Origin: an uncultured Fimbriimonadales bacterium
GTDB lineage: Bacteria; Armatimonadota; Fimbriimonadia; Fimbriimonadales; ATM1
Reading direction: 5' to 3'
Assembly (NCBI GenBank): GCA_964608695.1
Contig: CAZSPF010000016.1
Coordinates: forward strand, 3,350 to 45,961
Length of the DNA: 42,612 bases
The notes under the pieces were generated by a model, which was given only the letters and a program-made list of their open reading frames with translations, was not told where the DNA came from and made no database searches. Of this stretch, positions 25,968 to 34,803 are shown in pieces. Made by a program: the position numbers and the translations under genes. The first letter of the stretch is position 1. Every line of letters begins with the position of its first letter.

Positions 25968-27032
25968 TTAACTCTTTTTCCTCACAGTGATAATTTTCCT
26001 TGAGGGTTTAACTTGCAATCTATCATTTTCCGATTTAACTATTGATGCTCCTTCAATTAGCCATTGTTCAGGAAAAGGAATCCAAACATTCTTTTGTATA
26101 AACTTTTCGGGGACATGAATTTCCCATGAGGATTTTTCGTTTAGAGCATCTTTCAAGCCATTATAGGCACCAACTGCAGTGTAATCTTTCGCAAGTCTCA
26201 ACGCACGAGAAAAAACTGACGGGATAGCATTTTCCGTAAACAGCATCAAGCCTATGTATTCATTCATGGCATCTTTACCTTTCGCTTGGAGTGCTTTCAA
26301 GTCGACGCCACTTATCCAAATCTTGTCAATAAGATTAACAACATTATCCTTCAGCCACTTAGATTGGCTTTCTTTGTCGGAAGAAAAAGAATCAGGCAAC
26401 AATTTTATGTTTTCATCAGATTGTAAAATCCAATTCAGAAATAGTTTTTCTCCTAAATAACCATTTCCAAACTCCTCAGGTGTTTCAAATCCTTTAACGG
26501 GAGGAAGAGCAGCATGACCGTACTCATGCGCAACTTCTCGAAGTCGCTCAATTGGATCAGAAAAAGAATCTAAATTGTAAATGTATACTGTGTTCCTGTT
26601 CGCTCTATGACCGAATTCATCTTCTCCGGTAAAGATGCCTTGTTCGCCTCCCGGCACCCCCCCCTCACAAAGAAACACATCTACAAGATAAGAATAACGC
26701 ATGGGATTATCAAAATTGATTTTTTGGGTTAATAAATCTCTGCAAAGCAACAACACCTTTGCTGTGTCTTGTGCAAGTGAAACATATTTATGAGATTGCG
26801 CATAAACTCGAAAACGCAACTCCTGCTTTTGTGTTGTCAATACAAATCCATGTGCTTCTACCTTTACTGAAAAATCCCATTCGTACTTTGGGCACTTACG
26901 AGAGATAGGCTCTATTGGTGCATAAGTAATGAGAAAATGTTTCTGTTCACTAAGCAAACAAGGGAACTCTTGCTTATGGAGTGCACCTGATTGCAGGGCG
27001 CAAATAACAAGTAAAGCGAACGGCATTACCAT
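25968..27032 (-). CDS. Secreted hypothetical protein with HExxH motif (putative zinc metallopeptidase)
   Basis: Signal-like N-terminus (MVMPFALLVICALQSGA). REVAHEYGHAALPP contains HEYGH at 26514-26528. I recognise no family. Confidence 0.5.
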   Translation of the reverse strand: MVMPFALLVICALQSGALHKQEFPCLLSEQKHFLITYAPIEPISRKCPKYEWDFSVKVEAHGFVLTTQKQELRFRVYAQSHKYVSLAQDTAKVLLLCRDLLTQKINFDNPMRYSYLVDVFLCEGGVPGGEQGIFTGEDEFGHRANRNTVYIYNLDSFSDPIERLREVAHEYGHAALPPVKGFETPEEFGNGYLGEKLFLNWILQSDENIKLLPDSFSSDKESQSKWLKDNVVNLIDKIWISGVDLKALQAKGKDAMNEYIGLMLFTENAIPSVFSRALRLAKDYTAVGAYNGLKDALNEKSSWEIHVPEKFIQKNVWIPFPEQWLIEGASIVKSENDRLQVKPSRKIITVRKKS

Positions 27033-27038
27033 AAACCT

Positions 27039-27044
27039 ATTTTA
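27039..27044 (-). promoter_or_regulatory. Possible -10 box (TAAAAT) 6 nt upstream of ATG 27032
   Basis: Minus strand reads cagtTAAAATaggtttATGgtaATG. No SD and a weak -35. Confidence 0.3.
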
Positions 27045-27064
27045 ACTGACGGTAGACTTAAATA

Positions 27065-27400
27065 ATGGACGACAAACATCAAAACGAGGAAAAAGTAGAA
27101 AAGCCCTCCGAAACAGAACAACCGGAAATCCTGAATACTCGTTTGCCCGACCCGCCTGAATGGAACTATGAAAGGCCTGAATTCACGAAGCAAAAAAAAC
27201 CAAAGACAATAGACCATAGAGGTGTTGGGGAAGGATTAGCGGCATCATATCTTTTGGTGGGAAGCGTGCTTTTGGGACTGTTTATCGGTTGGCTGATAGA
27301 CAGGGAAGGAACGATGGGTTTGGCAATAGGGGGCTTTATTGGAAGTATCCTTGGCATATTCGGGGCAATTTGGATAATCATCAAAGGCGAAAAAAAGTGA
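27065..27400 (+). CDS. atpZ: AtpZ/AtpI-family small membrane protein (ATP synthase operon gene 1)
   Basis: Charged N-terminus, then two Gly-rich TM helices (ASYLLVGSVLLGLFIGWLID, LAIGGFIGSILGIFGAIWII). First gene of the atp operon. Confidence 0.65.
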   Translation: MDDKHQNEEKVEKPSETEQPEILNTRLPDPPEWNYERPEFTKQKKPKTIDHRGVGEGLAASYLLVGSVLLGLFIGWLIDREGTMGLAIGGFIGSILGIFGAIWIIIKGEKK

Positions 27401-27741
27401 ATCCTGTACCAATTGTGTTCTTAATTGCCGGGAGCTTAGTTCTTTTAGTTGTTGCATGGCAATTGGATCAGGCCAGAGGTTTGCAGGGTGCATCGTTTGG
27501 TTTGTTGTCTTCTTTGTTAAGTGCATCCGGCATGGTTGGGGTCGTTTTCGGGCTGTATAAGATCCCGGTAAATTACCGTGTGATTTCCGCCACGTTGGGG
27601 TTTGTTCTCATAAAATCTCCACTTATATTTGCTTATTTAGTCTTCGCTCGTCCTTCCTCAATCGAGGCTCAGATTTGCTTTATTTTTGCCGTGATTCTGG
27701 TATACTCTGCCGTCATTTGGTTAGCGTCAATTCAGCGTTAG
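27397..27741 (+). CDS. atpI: ATP synthase subunit I-like membrane protein
   Basis: I place the start at GTG 27397, in frame with the track ORF 27289..27741 and overlapping the atpZ stop as GTGA. Four hydrophobic segments, located between atpZ and atpB. Confidence 0.5.
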   Translation: MNPVPIVFLIAGSLVLLVVAWQLDQARGLQGASFGLLSSLLSASGMVGVVFGLYKIPVNYRVISATLGFVLIKSPLIFAYLVFARPSSIEAQICFIFAVILVYSAVIWLASIQR

Positions 27742-27760
27742 CCCTTTAAGAGTACGTGCA

Positions 27761-28552
27761 ATGGAAATAGTCTCAAATTTATTCCGCCCTGTGCTCGCCG
27801 CCGCGACCGAAGGCGAGGCTCACGGGGCAGAGTGGAACATTTTTTATTATGTGGGATTGGTTTTTATTATTGTTTTTATTTTCATGGCTTTAGCAAGACC
27901 CGGAATTACAGGCTACCGAAGCTTTAAAAATCTGCCCGCAAAATTAGCCGAGCAGATTTTTTTCTTTTTAAAACACATGACGACATCAGTTATTGGACCA
28001 AATGGAGTGAAATACATTCCGATGCTGATGGCGCTGTGGCTGTTTATTTTCACAAGTAATGTACTTGGACTATTCTTTCCTGCGACTCCAACAGCGGACT
28101 GGAGCTTAAACTTGTCTCTGGCAATTGTTACCATGCTGTATGTTTGGTATGAAGGAATCAAAGCAAACGGTGTGGTTGGTTTTCTAAGGCATTTTGCAGG
28201 GCCGAAACTTTTCGGGTTAATGGTTTTAGTCAACGTAATGATTTTCATAGTAGAAATCATTAGTGAATTAATGAAATTTTTCTCGCTCTCTCTTCGATTA
28301 TATGGAAACATCGAGGGAGGCCACATAGTTAAAGAAAGCTTGGATAAAATAGTTGAAGGGGTTCCTTTGGGGGGGATGCTCATTGCAATTAAGTTATTGA
28401 CTTGTGTGCTTCAAGCATATATTTTCACGGTTTTGATGTGTTTGTATCTCAGTCTTGTAACGTCACATGACGAAGAACATGAAGAACATGAACACGTCAA
28501 AGAACATTCGGAGCATTCTGATACAGCAATTGCTCCGCAACATTCAACATAA
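27761..28552 (+). CDS. atpB: F0F1 ATP synthase subunit a
   Basis: Essential Arg context LSLRLYGNIEGGHIV, polytopic, correct operon position. Carries an unusual His/Glu-rich C-terminal tail. Confidence 0.9.
   Translation: MEIVSNLFRPVLAAATEGEAHGAEWNIFYYVGLVFIIVFIFMALARPGITGYRSFKNLPAKLAEQIFFFLKHMTTSVIGPNGVKYIPMLMALWLFIFTSNVLGLFFPATPTADWSLNLSLAIVTMLYVWYEGIKANGVVGFLRHFAGPKLFGLMVLVNVMIFIVEIISELMKFFSLSLRLYGNIEGGHIVKESLDKIVEGVPLGGMLIAIKLLTCVLQAYIFTVLMCLYLSLVTSHDEEHEEHEHVKEHSEHSDTAIAPQHST
28472..28495 (+). repeat. Short tandem repeat (gaagaacat x2 plus partial gaacac) inside the atpB tail
   Basis: gaagaacat at 28472-28480 and 28481-28489, followed by gaacac. Encodes EEHEEHEH. Confidence 0.6.
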
Positions 28553-28575
28553 AACAATCTGGAGGAAAATAAACA

Positions 28576-28797
28576 ATGGAAGTAGCAATCGGCATAGGAC
28601 TTGCTCTCGGTATCGCTGGAGCGGGAGTCGGAATCGGTCAAGGTATCGCCGCAAATGGCGCATTAAACGGAATGGCGCGACAACCCGAAGCGGCAGGAAC
28701 GATTAGAACTGCGATGCTTATCGCACTCGTTTTCTCGGAACTCGTATTCCTTTTGACATTCGTTATCGGATTTATTCTTTCCGGCAAAATCGGTTAA
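28576..28797 (+). CDS. atpE: F0F1 ATP synthase subunit c
   Basis: 73 aa hairpin. GxGxGxG helix (GIAGAGVGIGQG), ARQPEA loop, carboxylate in VFSELVFLL. GGAGG SD. Confidence 0.93.
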   Translation: MEVAIGIGLALGIAGAGVGIGQGIAANGALNGMARQPEAAGTIRTAMLIALVFSELVFLLTFVIGFILSGKIG

Positions 28798-28834
28798 GAA
28801 TAATCGCAAAATCTTATTGCGTTGATTCCAATCA

Positions 28835-29494
28835 ATGCAAATAAAAGTACGTGGAAATGAAATGAAAAATAAAACACGAACAAATGATAGACGACAGAGA
28901 GGGTTTGCACTGAATAAGACCGTGCTTACAATTTTAGGCTTGGTTCTTATTGTTGTTGGCGCGCTGTTAAAAGGTCAGGCATGGACAAAGCCGGAGATAC
29001 TTTCTCCTTTGGGTTTGGATTTGGCAAAAACTATAGTCGGTATCGGCTATTTCTTGTTGTTTATCCAAATTATTGACCTTTTCTTTTTCGCTCCTCTGCG
29101 TCAGGCAATATCGGAGAGAGATAGCACAATAGAAGCTACATTTGATGAGGCTGAAAATCTCAAAGCAAACATGATGCAATTAAAAGAATCTTATGAAAAG
29201 CGACTTGCGGAAAGTGAGCAAGAAGCAAGAGAAAAAATTCAATCTGCATTACAGGAAGCGCAAGCAATGAAAGACAACATTATCAATGAAGCGAAACAGC
29301 AAGCAGAAGGCTTCTTGAAAAGAGCGGAAGAAGAGATTCAAATGGAGAGAGACAAGATGCTTATCGAGCTCCGTACAAAGGTCGCAGACATGACCATGAT
29401 CGCAACCGAAAGAATCATCGGAAAAACCGCAGATGAGCAAAAACAAAGACAACTTGTTCGTGATTTTATAGAAGGTATAGAAGCAAAGAACTAA
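28835..29494 (+). CDS. atpF: F0F1 ATP synthase subunit b (with N-terminal extension)
   Basis: TM plus a b-type helix (FAPLRQAISERDSTIEATFDEAE...AEQEAREKI). Start uncertain (ATG 28835 or 28862). Either start includes an additional upstream TM. Confidence 0.8.
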   Translation: MQIKVRGNEMKNKTRTNDRRQRGFALNKTVLTILGLVLIVVGALLKGQAWTKPEILSPLGLDLAKTIVGIGYFLLFIQIIDLFFFAPLRQAISERDSTIEATFDEAENLKANMMQLKESYEKRLAESEQEAREKIQSALQEAQAMKDNIINEAKQQAEGFLKRAEEEIQMERDKMLIELRTKVADMTMIATERIIGKTADEQKQRQLVRDFIEGIEAKN

Positions 29495-29495
29495 C

Positions 29496-30047
29496 ATGGA
29501 CACAAGGATTGCTAAACGTTACGCACGTGCTGTATTCGCTTCTGCAAAGCAAGCGGATAACATTCGTGAAACTGAAAGCAATCTAAAACTTGTTTATGAT
29601 GCTCTGAAATCAAATGACGAGCTTTACAAAATGTTTCTAAGTCCTAAAATATCCCGTGATAAAAAACGTGCATTGTTGGAAAAAATCTTTTCAAGCAATG
29701 TGAACGCTTTAGTCATGAGGCTGTTGAAATTGTTAGTTAATAAACGACGAGAAGACGGTATAGAAGCCATTTATCAAGAGTTCGTAAAGTTGAGAGAGAA
29801 TGATGAAAATATTCAAAAAGTTTCCATTAAATCTGCAATCGAACTTTCTCAAAATGAACTCGATGAATTGGTTAAAAAACTGGAACAGAAAACCGGAAAG
29901 CGTATCGTTTATGAAAGCAGCATAGACCCTGAATTAATCGGCGGCGTGCTTGTGCAGTATGGGGACACGATATATGACGGTTCTGTAAAAGGTGCACTCA
30001 AGCGTCTTCGTGAAAAACTTTTCTACGATGTATTAAAACAAGCATGA
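29496..30047 (+). CDS. atpH: F0F1 ATP synthase subunit delta (OSCP)
   Basis: IAKRYARAVF N-terminus and C-terminal IGGVLVQYGDTIYDGSVKGAL, typical of delta. Correct operon position. Confidence 0.85.
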   Translation: MDTRIAKRYARAVFASAKQADNIRETESNLKLVYDALKSNDELYKMFLSPKISRDKKRALLEKIFSSNVNALVMRLLKLLVNKRREDGIEAIYQEFVKLRENDENIQKVSIKSAIELSQNELDELVKKLEQKTGKRIVYESSIDPELIGGVLVQYGDTIYDGSVKGALKRLREKLFYDVLKQA

Positions 30048-30065
30048 GACACATAAGGAGCAAAA

Positions 30066-31643
30066 ATGGCAATTAGACCGGAAGAAATAACAAGTATATT
30101 AACACAAGAACTACAGCAGTTCGACGGAAAACCTTCTACCGAACACGTGGGTACCGTTCTTCAAGTAGGTGACGGTATCGCGCGAATTTACGGACTACCC
30201 GATGCACAAATGGGAGAACTCCTCGAATTTCCGGGCGGAGTTATGGGTTTAACCTTAAACCTCGAAGAAACAACCATCGGTGCTGTTATTTTAGGTTCCG
30301 ATGAAGACATTAAAGAAGGTGACCCTGTCCGCGAAACAGGCCGCATCATCCAAATTCCGGTAGGCAAAGGCTTGCTCGGGCGAGTCATTAACCCGTTAGG
30401 TCAACCGCTCGACGGAAAAGGCCCCATTCCCAGCGATGAAATGCGGCTTATCGAAGTAATTGCACCTGGAGTTGTAGCAAGACAACCGGTTAAGGAACCA
30501 TTGCAAACTGGCATCAAAGCCATTGATGCGATGATTCCGATTGGCAGAGGACAAAGAGAGTTGATTATCGGCGACCGACAAACAGGAAAAACCGCCATCT
30601 GTGTGGACACTATCATCAACCAAAAAGAAACTCACCTCCCCGGTGGAAGCCCTGTTTACTGCATCTATGTGGCAATTGGTCAAAGAATGGGAAGTGTGCG
30701 GCGTGTTGTGGATACGCTCGAAAAATATGGGGCGATGGATTACTCCATTGTCGTAGTGGCAAGTGCATCTGACCCAAACGCTCTGCAGTATCTTGCTCCT
30801 TTTGCAGGTGCAACAATCGGTGAGTACTTCCGGGATAACGGAATGCATGCTCTTGCAATTTACGACGACCTTTCCAAACACGCTCAGGCATACCGTGCCA
30901 TGTCATTGCTTCTCAGACGCCCCCCCGGACGCGAAGCCTATCCCGGAGACGTGTTCTACCTTCATAGCAGACTGCTTGAAAGAGCTGCAAAAATGAGCGA
31001 CGAAAAAGGTGGAGGCTCATTAACCGCTCTGCCCATTATCGAAACTCAAGCAGGTGACGTTTCTGCATACATTCCTACTAACGTTATTTCCATTACAGAT
31101 GGACAGATTTACCTCGAACCAGACTTGTTCTTTGCTGGCGTCCGTCCTGCGATTAACGTCGGTATCTCCGTTTCTCGTGTGGGTGGCTCTGCACAAATCA
31201 AAGCCATGAAAAGCGTTGCAGGAAGGATGAAACTTGAAATGGCTCAATTTCGAGAAGTGCAAGCATTTGCACAATTTGCAAGCGACTTAGACAAGGCTAC
31301 ACAAATGCAGTTGGCAAGAGGGATGCGCTTAACGGAACTGCTTAAGCAAGACATTTATTCTCCTCTCGATGTTATTGAGCAAGTGTTTTTGATTTTTGCA
31401 GGAACTGGTGGATTTTTAGACTCCATCGAAGTTGATGAAGTTGCAGAATTTGCAGACGGATTAATTAACTTCTTAAAAGAAAGATATCCGGGACTCATAG
31501 AAAGAGTGCGCACAACAAGAGAGTGGACAAGCGAAACGGAAGAAGGCACAAGACGTGCATTCATCGAGTATCAAAATCAGTTTTCAAGTTCCAAGAAAAA
31601 ACAAGAATTGACACAAGAAGATAAACAAGAAGTAACTGTGTAA
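30066..31643 (+). CDS. atpA: F0F1 ATP synthase subunit alpha
   Basis: Walker [33 protein letters not shown], full-length alpha. AAGGAG SD. Confidence 0.97.
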   Translation: MAIRPEEITSILTQELQQFDGKPSTEHVGTVLQVGDGIARIYGLPDAQMGELLEFPGGVMGLTLNLEETTIGAVILGSDEDIKEGDPVRETGRIIQIPVGKGLLGRVINPLGQPLDGKGPIPSDEMRLIEVIAPGVVARQPVKEPLQTGIKAIDAMIPIGRGQRELIIGDRQTGKTAICVDTIINQKETHLPGGSPVYCIYVAIGQRMGSVRRVVDTLEKYGAMDYSIVVVASASDPNALQYLAPFAGATIGEYFRDNGMHALAIYDDLSKHAQAYRAMSLLLRRPPGREAYPGDVFYLHSRLLERAAKMSDEKGGGSLTALPIIETQAGDVSAYIPTNVISITDGQIYLEPDLFFAGVRPAINVGISVSRVGGSAQIKAMKSVAGRMKLEMAQFREVQAFAQFASDLDKATQMQLARGMRLTELLKQDIYSPLDVIEQVFLIFAGTGGFLDSIEVDEVAEFADGLINFLKERYPGLIERVRTTREWTSETEEGTRRAFIEYQNQFSSSKKKQELTQEDKQEVTV

Positions 31644-31649
31644 AAAAAC

Positions 31650-32513
31650 ATGGCAACAATCAAACAACTTAGGCAAAGAATTCGAAGCGCGAAGAATATT
31701 CAGCAAATAACGCGCGCCATGAAACTCGTAGCAGCGGCACGATTAAGAAGAGCACAAGAACGAGTCCTTGAACCGTATTCCGAAAAAATGCATGAGATGA
31801 TTGCCAGTATGGCAACAGCAGGCGAGCTTCCTGAACACCCGCTGCTTGTAAGAAGACCTGTAAACAAATACGGTGTTATATTGGTTACTGCAGAAAGAGG
31901 TCTTTGCGGTTCGTTTAATACAAACTTGAATCGAAAAGCGTTTGACTTAGTGCGAAGTGCCACTGGTACACCTTATTTTCTGTGTGTTGGGAAAAAAGGA
32001 AGACAGTTCTTTGAAAAAAGAGGGTATGACGTCGTTTATTCTTCCTCTTTACCCACAACGGGAGCAACAAAACGTGACGCAGAGGCGGTTTTCCTTAAGG
32101 CGCAAGACATGTTCATCAATGAAGAAGTAGATGCAATCTATCTTCTTTACAGCAAATTCTTTTCTCCCATTCGACAAATCCCGCAAGTTGTTCAGTTGTT
32201 GCCCATAGAGCCGCCAAAAGTTGAAGATCAGGAAGCAGTTGAACATTACATGAAATCCTACGCATTCGAACCGGAACCAAAAGAGTTAATGGCGGAACTT
32301 CTTCCCAGATACGCAATGACGATTATCTTACAAGGTTTGCTTGAATCCGCCGCAAGCGAACACGGAGCACGTATGACTGCGATGACAAATGCAACAGACA
32401 GCGCAGGAGAAATGATTTCTAATCTTACATTGCAAGCAAACCGTCAAAGGCAAGCTGCAATCACCAAAGAGATTCTGGAAGTTGTCAGTGGAGCTGAAGC
32501 GCTTAAATCTTAG
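31650..32513 (+). CDS. atpG: F0F1 ATP synthase subunit gamma
   Basis: IKQLRQRIRSAKNIQQITRAMKLVAAARLRRAQ N-terminus and C-terminal NRQRQAAITKEILEVVSGAEAL. Confidence 0.93.
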   Translation: MATIKQLRQRIRSAKNIQQITRAMKLVAAARLRRAQERVLEPYSEKMHEMIASMATAGELPEHPLLVRRPVNKYGVILVTAERGLCGSFNTNLNRKAFDLVRSATGTPYFLCVGKKGRQFFEKRGYDVVYSSSLPTTGATKRDAEAVFLKAQDMFINEEVDAIYLLYSKFFSPIRQIPQVVQLLPIEPPKVEDQEAVEHYMKSYAFEPEPKELMAELLPRYAMTIILQGLLESAASEHGARMTAMTNATDSAGEMISNLTLQANRQRQAAITKEILEVVSGAEALKS

Positions 32514-33486
32514 TTTCTTCAGTTGGTGTTGTTTCACTCTCTAATACTTTCTTTTTTGGAGGAAGCAGTAAGGATAGAATAATAGATAACGCAATTACGC
32601 CTAATACCACGCCTAAAGATACAACTATTGGTATAATCTCTTTCCCAAGCATCATTTTCACTCCTACGAATGCAAGAACGAACGATAAACCATAATGTAA
32701 ATATGCAAACAAACCCATTATTCCTGCAATTGCGAAATACAGCGCTCTTAAACCTAATATCGCAAATACATTAGCACTGTAAACAATAAATGGGTCTTTC
32801 GTTATGGCTAAGATCGCAGGCACTGAATCAAACGCAAACAAAATATCTGTCATCTCCACCACAAGAAGAGCAATAAACAATGGCGTAGCCATGCGTTTTC
32901 CTGCATCCAAAATAAAAAACTTGCCACTCTCCATGTTATTACTTACTGGATAGATTTTTTTAAACCACCTAATAATCGGGTTCTTGTCCGGATCTACTTT
33001 GATATCTTTTGAAACAAGCACCTTGAATGCAGTATAAAGCAAGAGTACTCCAAATACATACTTCATCCAATCGAAAGCGTGTAAAAGTGCAACACCACTA
33101 AAAATGAAAATTACACGAAATGCTAATGCTCCAATAATCCCCCAAAACAAAATCTTATACTCGTATTTTTTAGGAATACCGAAATATGTGAAAATCACAA
33201 GAAAAACAAAAAGGTTATCAATACTTAACGCGCGCTCTATAATGTAACCCGTTAAGTAAGCAATTGCCGCCTGTTTGTTTGTATATTCACTTCCCGGAGA
33301 TATTGATTGCCAATAAAAAAGAATATATAAATTGAAAATTAATGCAAGAACTGTCCAAATCGTGCTCCAAATTAATGCTTCTCTTAAACGAATTACATGT
33401 GCTTTTCGATGAAACACACCGAGGTCTAATGCCAGCATGCCGAAAACGAAAAGGTTAAATATAACCCAGAGCCAGATTCGATCCAT
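32503..33486 (-). CDS. TerC family integral membrane protein
   Basis: WLWVIFNLFVFGMLALDLGVFHRK, SIDNLFVF, FAFDSVPAI are TerC/Alx hallmarks. The track start at 33489 is a TTG; the adjacent ATG at 33486 is more likely. Confidence 0.88.
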   Translation of the reverse strand: MDRIWLWVIFNLFVFGMLALDLGVFHRKAHVIRLREALIWSTIWTVLALIFNLYILFYWQSISPGSEYTNKQAAIAYLTGYIIERALSIDNLFVFLVIFTYFGIPKKYEYKILFWGIIGALAFRVIFIFSGVALLHAFDWMKYVFGVLLLYTAFKVLVSKDIKVDPDKNPIIRWFKKIYPVSNNMESGKFFILDAGKRMATPLFIALLVVEMTDILFAFDSVPAILAITKDPFIVYSANVFAILGLRALYFAIAGIMGLFAYLHYGLSFVLAFVGVKMMLGKEIIPIVVSLGVVLGVIALSIILSLLLPPKKKVLESETTPTEETKI

Positions 33487-33574
33487 CAATTATTTCCCGG
33501 TGCCGGTTCTTCCATGCGGCTGAAGGTATTTTACCTTTTAAAGGTGGTCGTCTGTACACGCAACAACAGAGTCT

Positions 33575-33583
33575 TGGTAAAAT
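33575..33583 (+). promoter_or_regulatory. Putative extended -10 promoter element (TGgTAAAAT), 7 nt upstream of ATG 33591
   Basis: cttGGTAAAATctatccaATG. TG at 33575-33576 and TAAAAT at 33578-33583. No SD before the acyl-CoA dehydrogenase ATG. Confidence 0.4.
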
Positions 33584-33590
33584 CTATCCA

Positions 33591-34796
33591 ATGGATTTCC
33601 AACTTTCACCTGAACACGAACTCATTCGTGAATCTGCTCGAAAATTTGCCAGCAACGAAATACTTCCCGGTCTAAAAGAACGAGACCGCAATCATGAATC
33701 AAGCCCTGACATTTTGAAGAAAATGGCTAAAGCAGGCTTCTTAGGTGTATCCATTCCCGCAAAGTATGGAGGAATGGATACGGACTACATCTCGTTAGGG
33801 ATTGTTTGTGAAGAGTTTGAGCGAGCTGATACAAGTGCACGCGTAATTCTTAGCGTTCATTCCGGATTACATTGCCTAACGCTCCTGCAATGGGGAAATG
33901 CAGAACAAAAGCAAAGAATATTAACACCCCTTGCTAAAGGAGAAAAAGTTGGAGCGTTTGGCTTAACAGAACCTGATGCAGGAAGTGATGCAGTTAACAT
34001 CCGCACAAGAGCAGAAAAATCAGGTGATTACTATATCTTAAACGGTGAAAAAACTTGGATATCTCTTTCCGATTATGCAGATTATTTCCTCGTAATTGCT
34101 GTAACAAATCCGGACGCTAAACCAAAACATGCGGGCATGAGTGCATTTATCGTTGACAGAAATCTACAAGGTTTTTCCAGTAAACCAATCAAAGGGAAGT
34201 TAGGAGTTAGAGCAGGGAATACGGGACAGATTTTCTTTGATAACGTAAAAGTTCCTGTGGAGAATATGCTGGGCGAGGAAGGTGACGGATTTAAAGTCGC
34301 CATGAGTGCAATAGACCATGGAAGATACACGGTGGCTTCAGGTGCGGTTGGCATTATTCAAGCATGTCTTGATGCTTGCGTACCATACGCAAATGACAGA
34401 AAAGTGGGGGGGGAACCAATTGCAAAAAAGCAACTGGTACAACAAATGATCGCAAATATGGCTGCAGGAAGAGACATCGGGAGGCTGCTGTATTATCAGG
34501 TAGGTTGGATGAAAAATAAAGGCGTAAGACATTCCAGAGAAGTGAGCATGGCAAAATGGCAAAACTGCAACTTTGCATTCCAAGCCGCTCACGACGCAGT
34601 GGAAATTCATGGCGCATATGGCTTTTGTGACGAGTTTCCTGTGGAAAGATACTTCAGAAATTCACGCGGCGCAATGATATACGAAGGGACGAGAGAAATA
34701 CACACGTTAATTCAAGCCGAATATGCACTGGGTCATCGTGAGGATAAACCACTAAAACGAGCTCTCCCCACATATCCATTTTCAAAAGATGTCTAA
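33591..34796 (+). CDS. Acyl-CoA dehydrogenase
   Basis: GAFGLTEPDAGSD, NGEKTWIS, catalytic Glu context IYEGTREIH, about 400 aa ACAD fold. Confidence 0.9.
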   Translation: MDFQLSPEHELIRESARKFASNEILPGLKERDRNHESSPDILKKMAKAGFLGVSIPAKYGGMDTDYISLGIVCEEFERADTSARVILSVHSGLHCLTLLQWGNAEQKQRILTPLAKGEKVGAFGLTEPDAGSDAVNIRTRAEKSGDYYILNGEKTWISLSDYADYFLVIAVTNPDAKPKHAGMSAFIVDRNLQGFSSKPIKGKLGVRAGNTGQIFFDNVKVPVENMLGEEGDGFKVAMSAIDHGRYTVASGAVGIIQACLDACVPYANDRKVGGEPIAKKQLVQQMIANMAAGRDIGRLLYYQVGWMKNKGVRHSREVSMAKWQNCNFAFQAAHDAVEIHGAYGFCDEFPVERYFRNSRGAMIYEGTREIHTLIQAEYALGHREDKPLKRALPTYPFSKDV

Positions 34797-34803
34797 ACAA
34801 AAT

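Noticed and set aside
28576-28797. Na+-translocating c-subunit signature.
   Set aside because: The carboxylate is followed by Leu (FSELVF) rather than the Ser/Thr of the Na+-binding motif, so a proton-coupled c-ring is the default reading.
30396-30881. Long antisense ORFs inside conserved genes: 161 aa opposite atpA here, 27913-28383 opposite atpB, 9261-9701 opposite mtnP, 22572-23009 opposite flotillin A, and 6590-6955 and 6846-7259 opposite the aldehyde dehydrogenase.
   Set aside because: They lie entirely within strongly recognisable genes on the other strand. Their composition is low-complexity and Arg/Ser/Cys-rich, typical of shadow frames, and they have no SD or family motifs.
33487-33590. 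Possible yybP-ykoY (Mn2+) riboswitch upstream of the TerC-family gene.
   Set aside because: The divergent spacer is only about 100 nt and is shared with the acyl-CoA dehydrogenase promoter. I could not find the conserved GGGGAGUAG or UUGACAUA segments on the minus strand.
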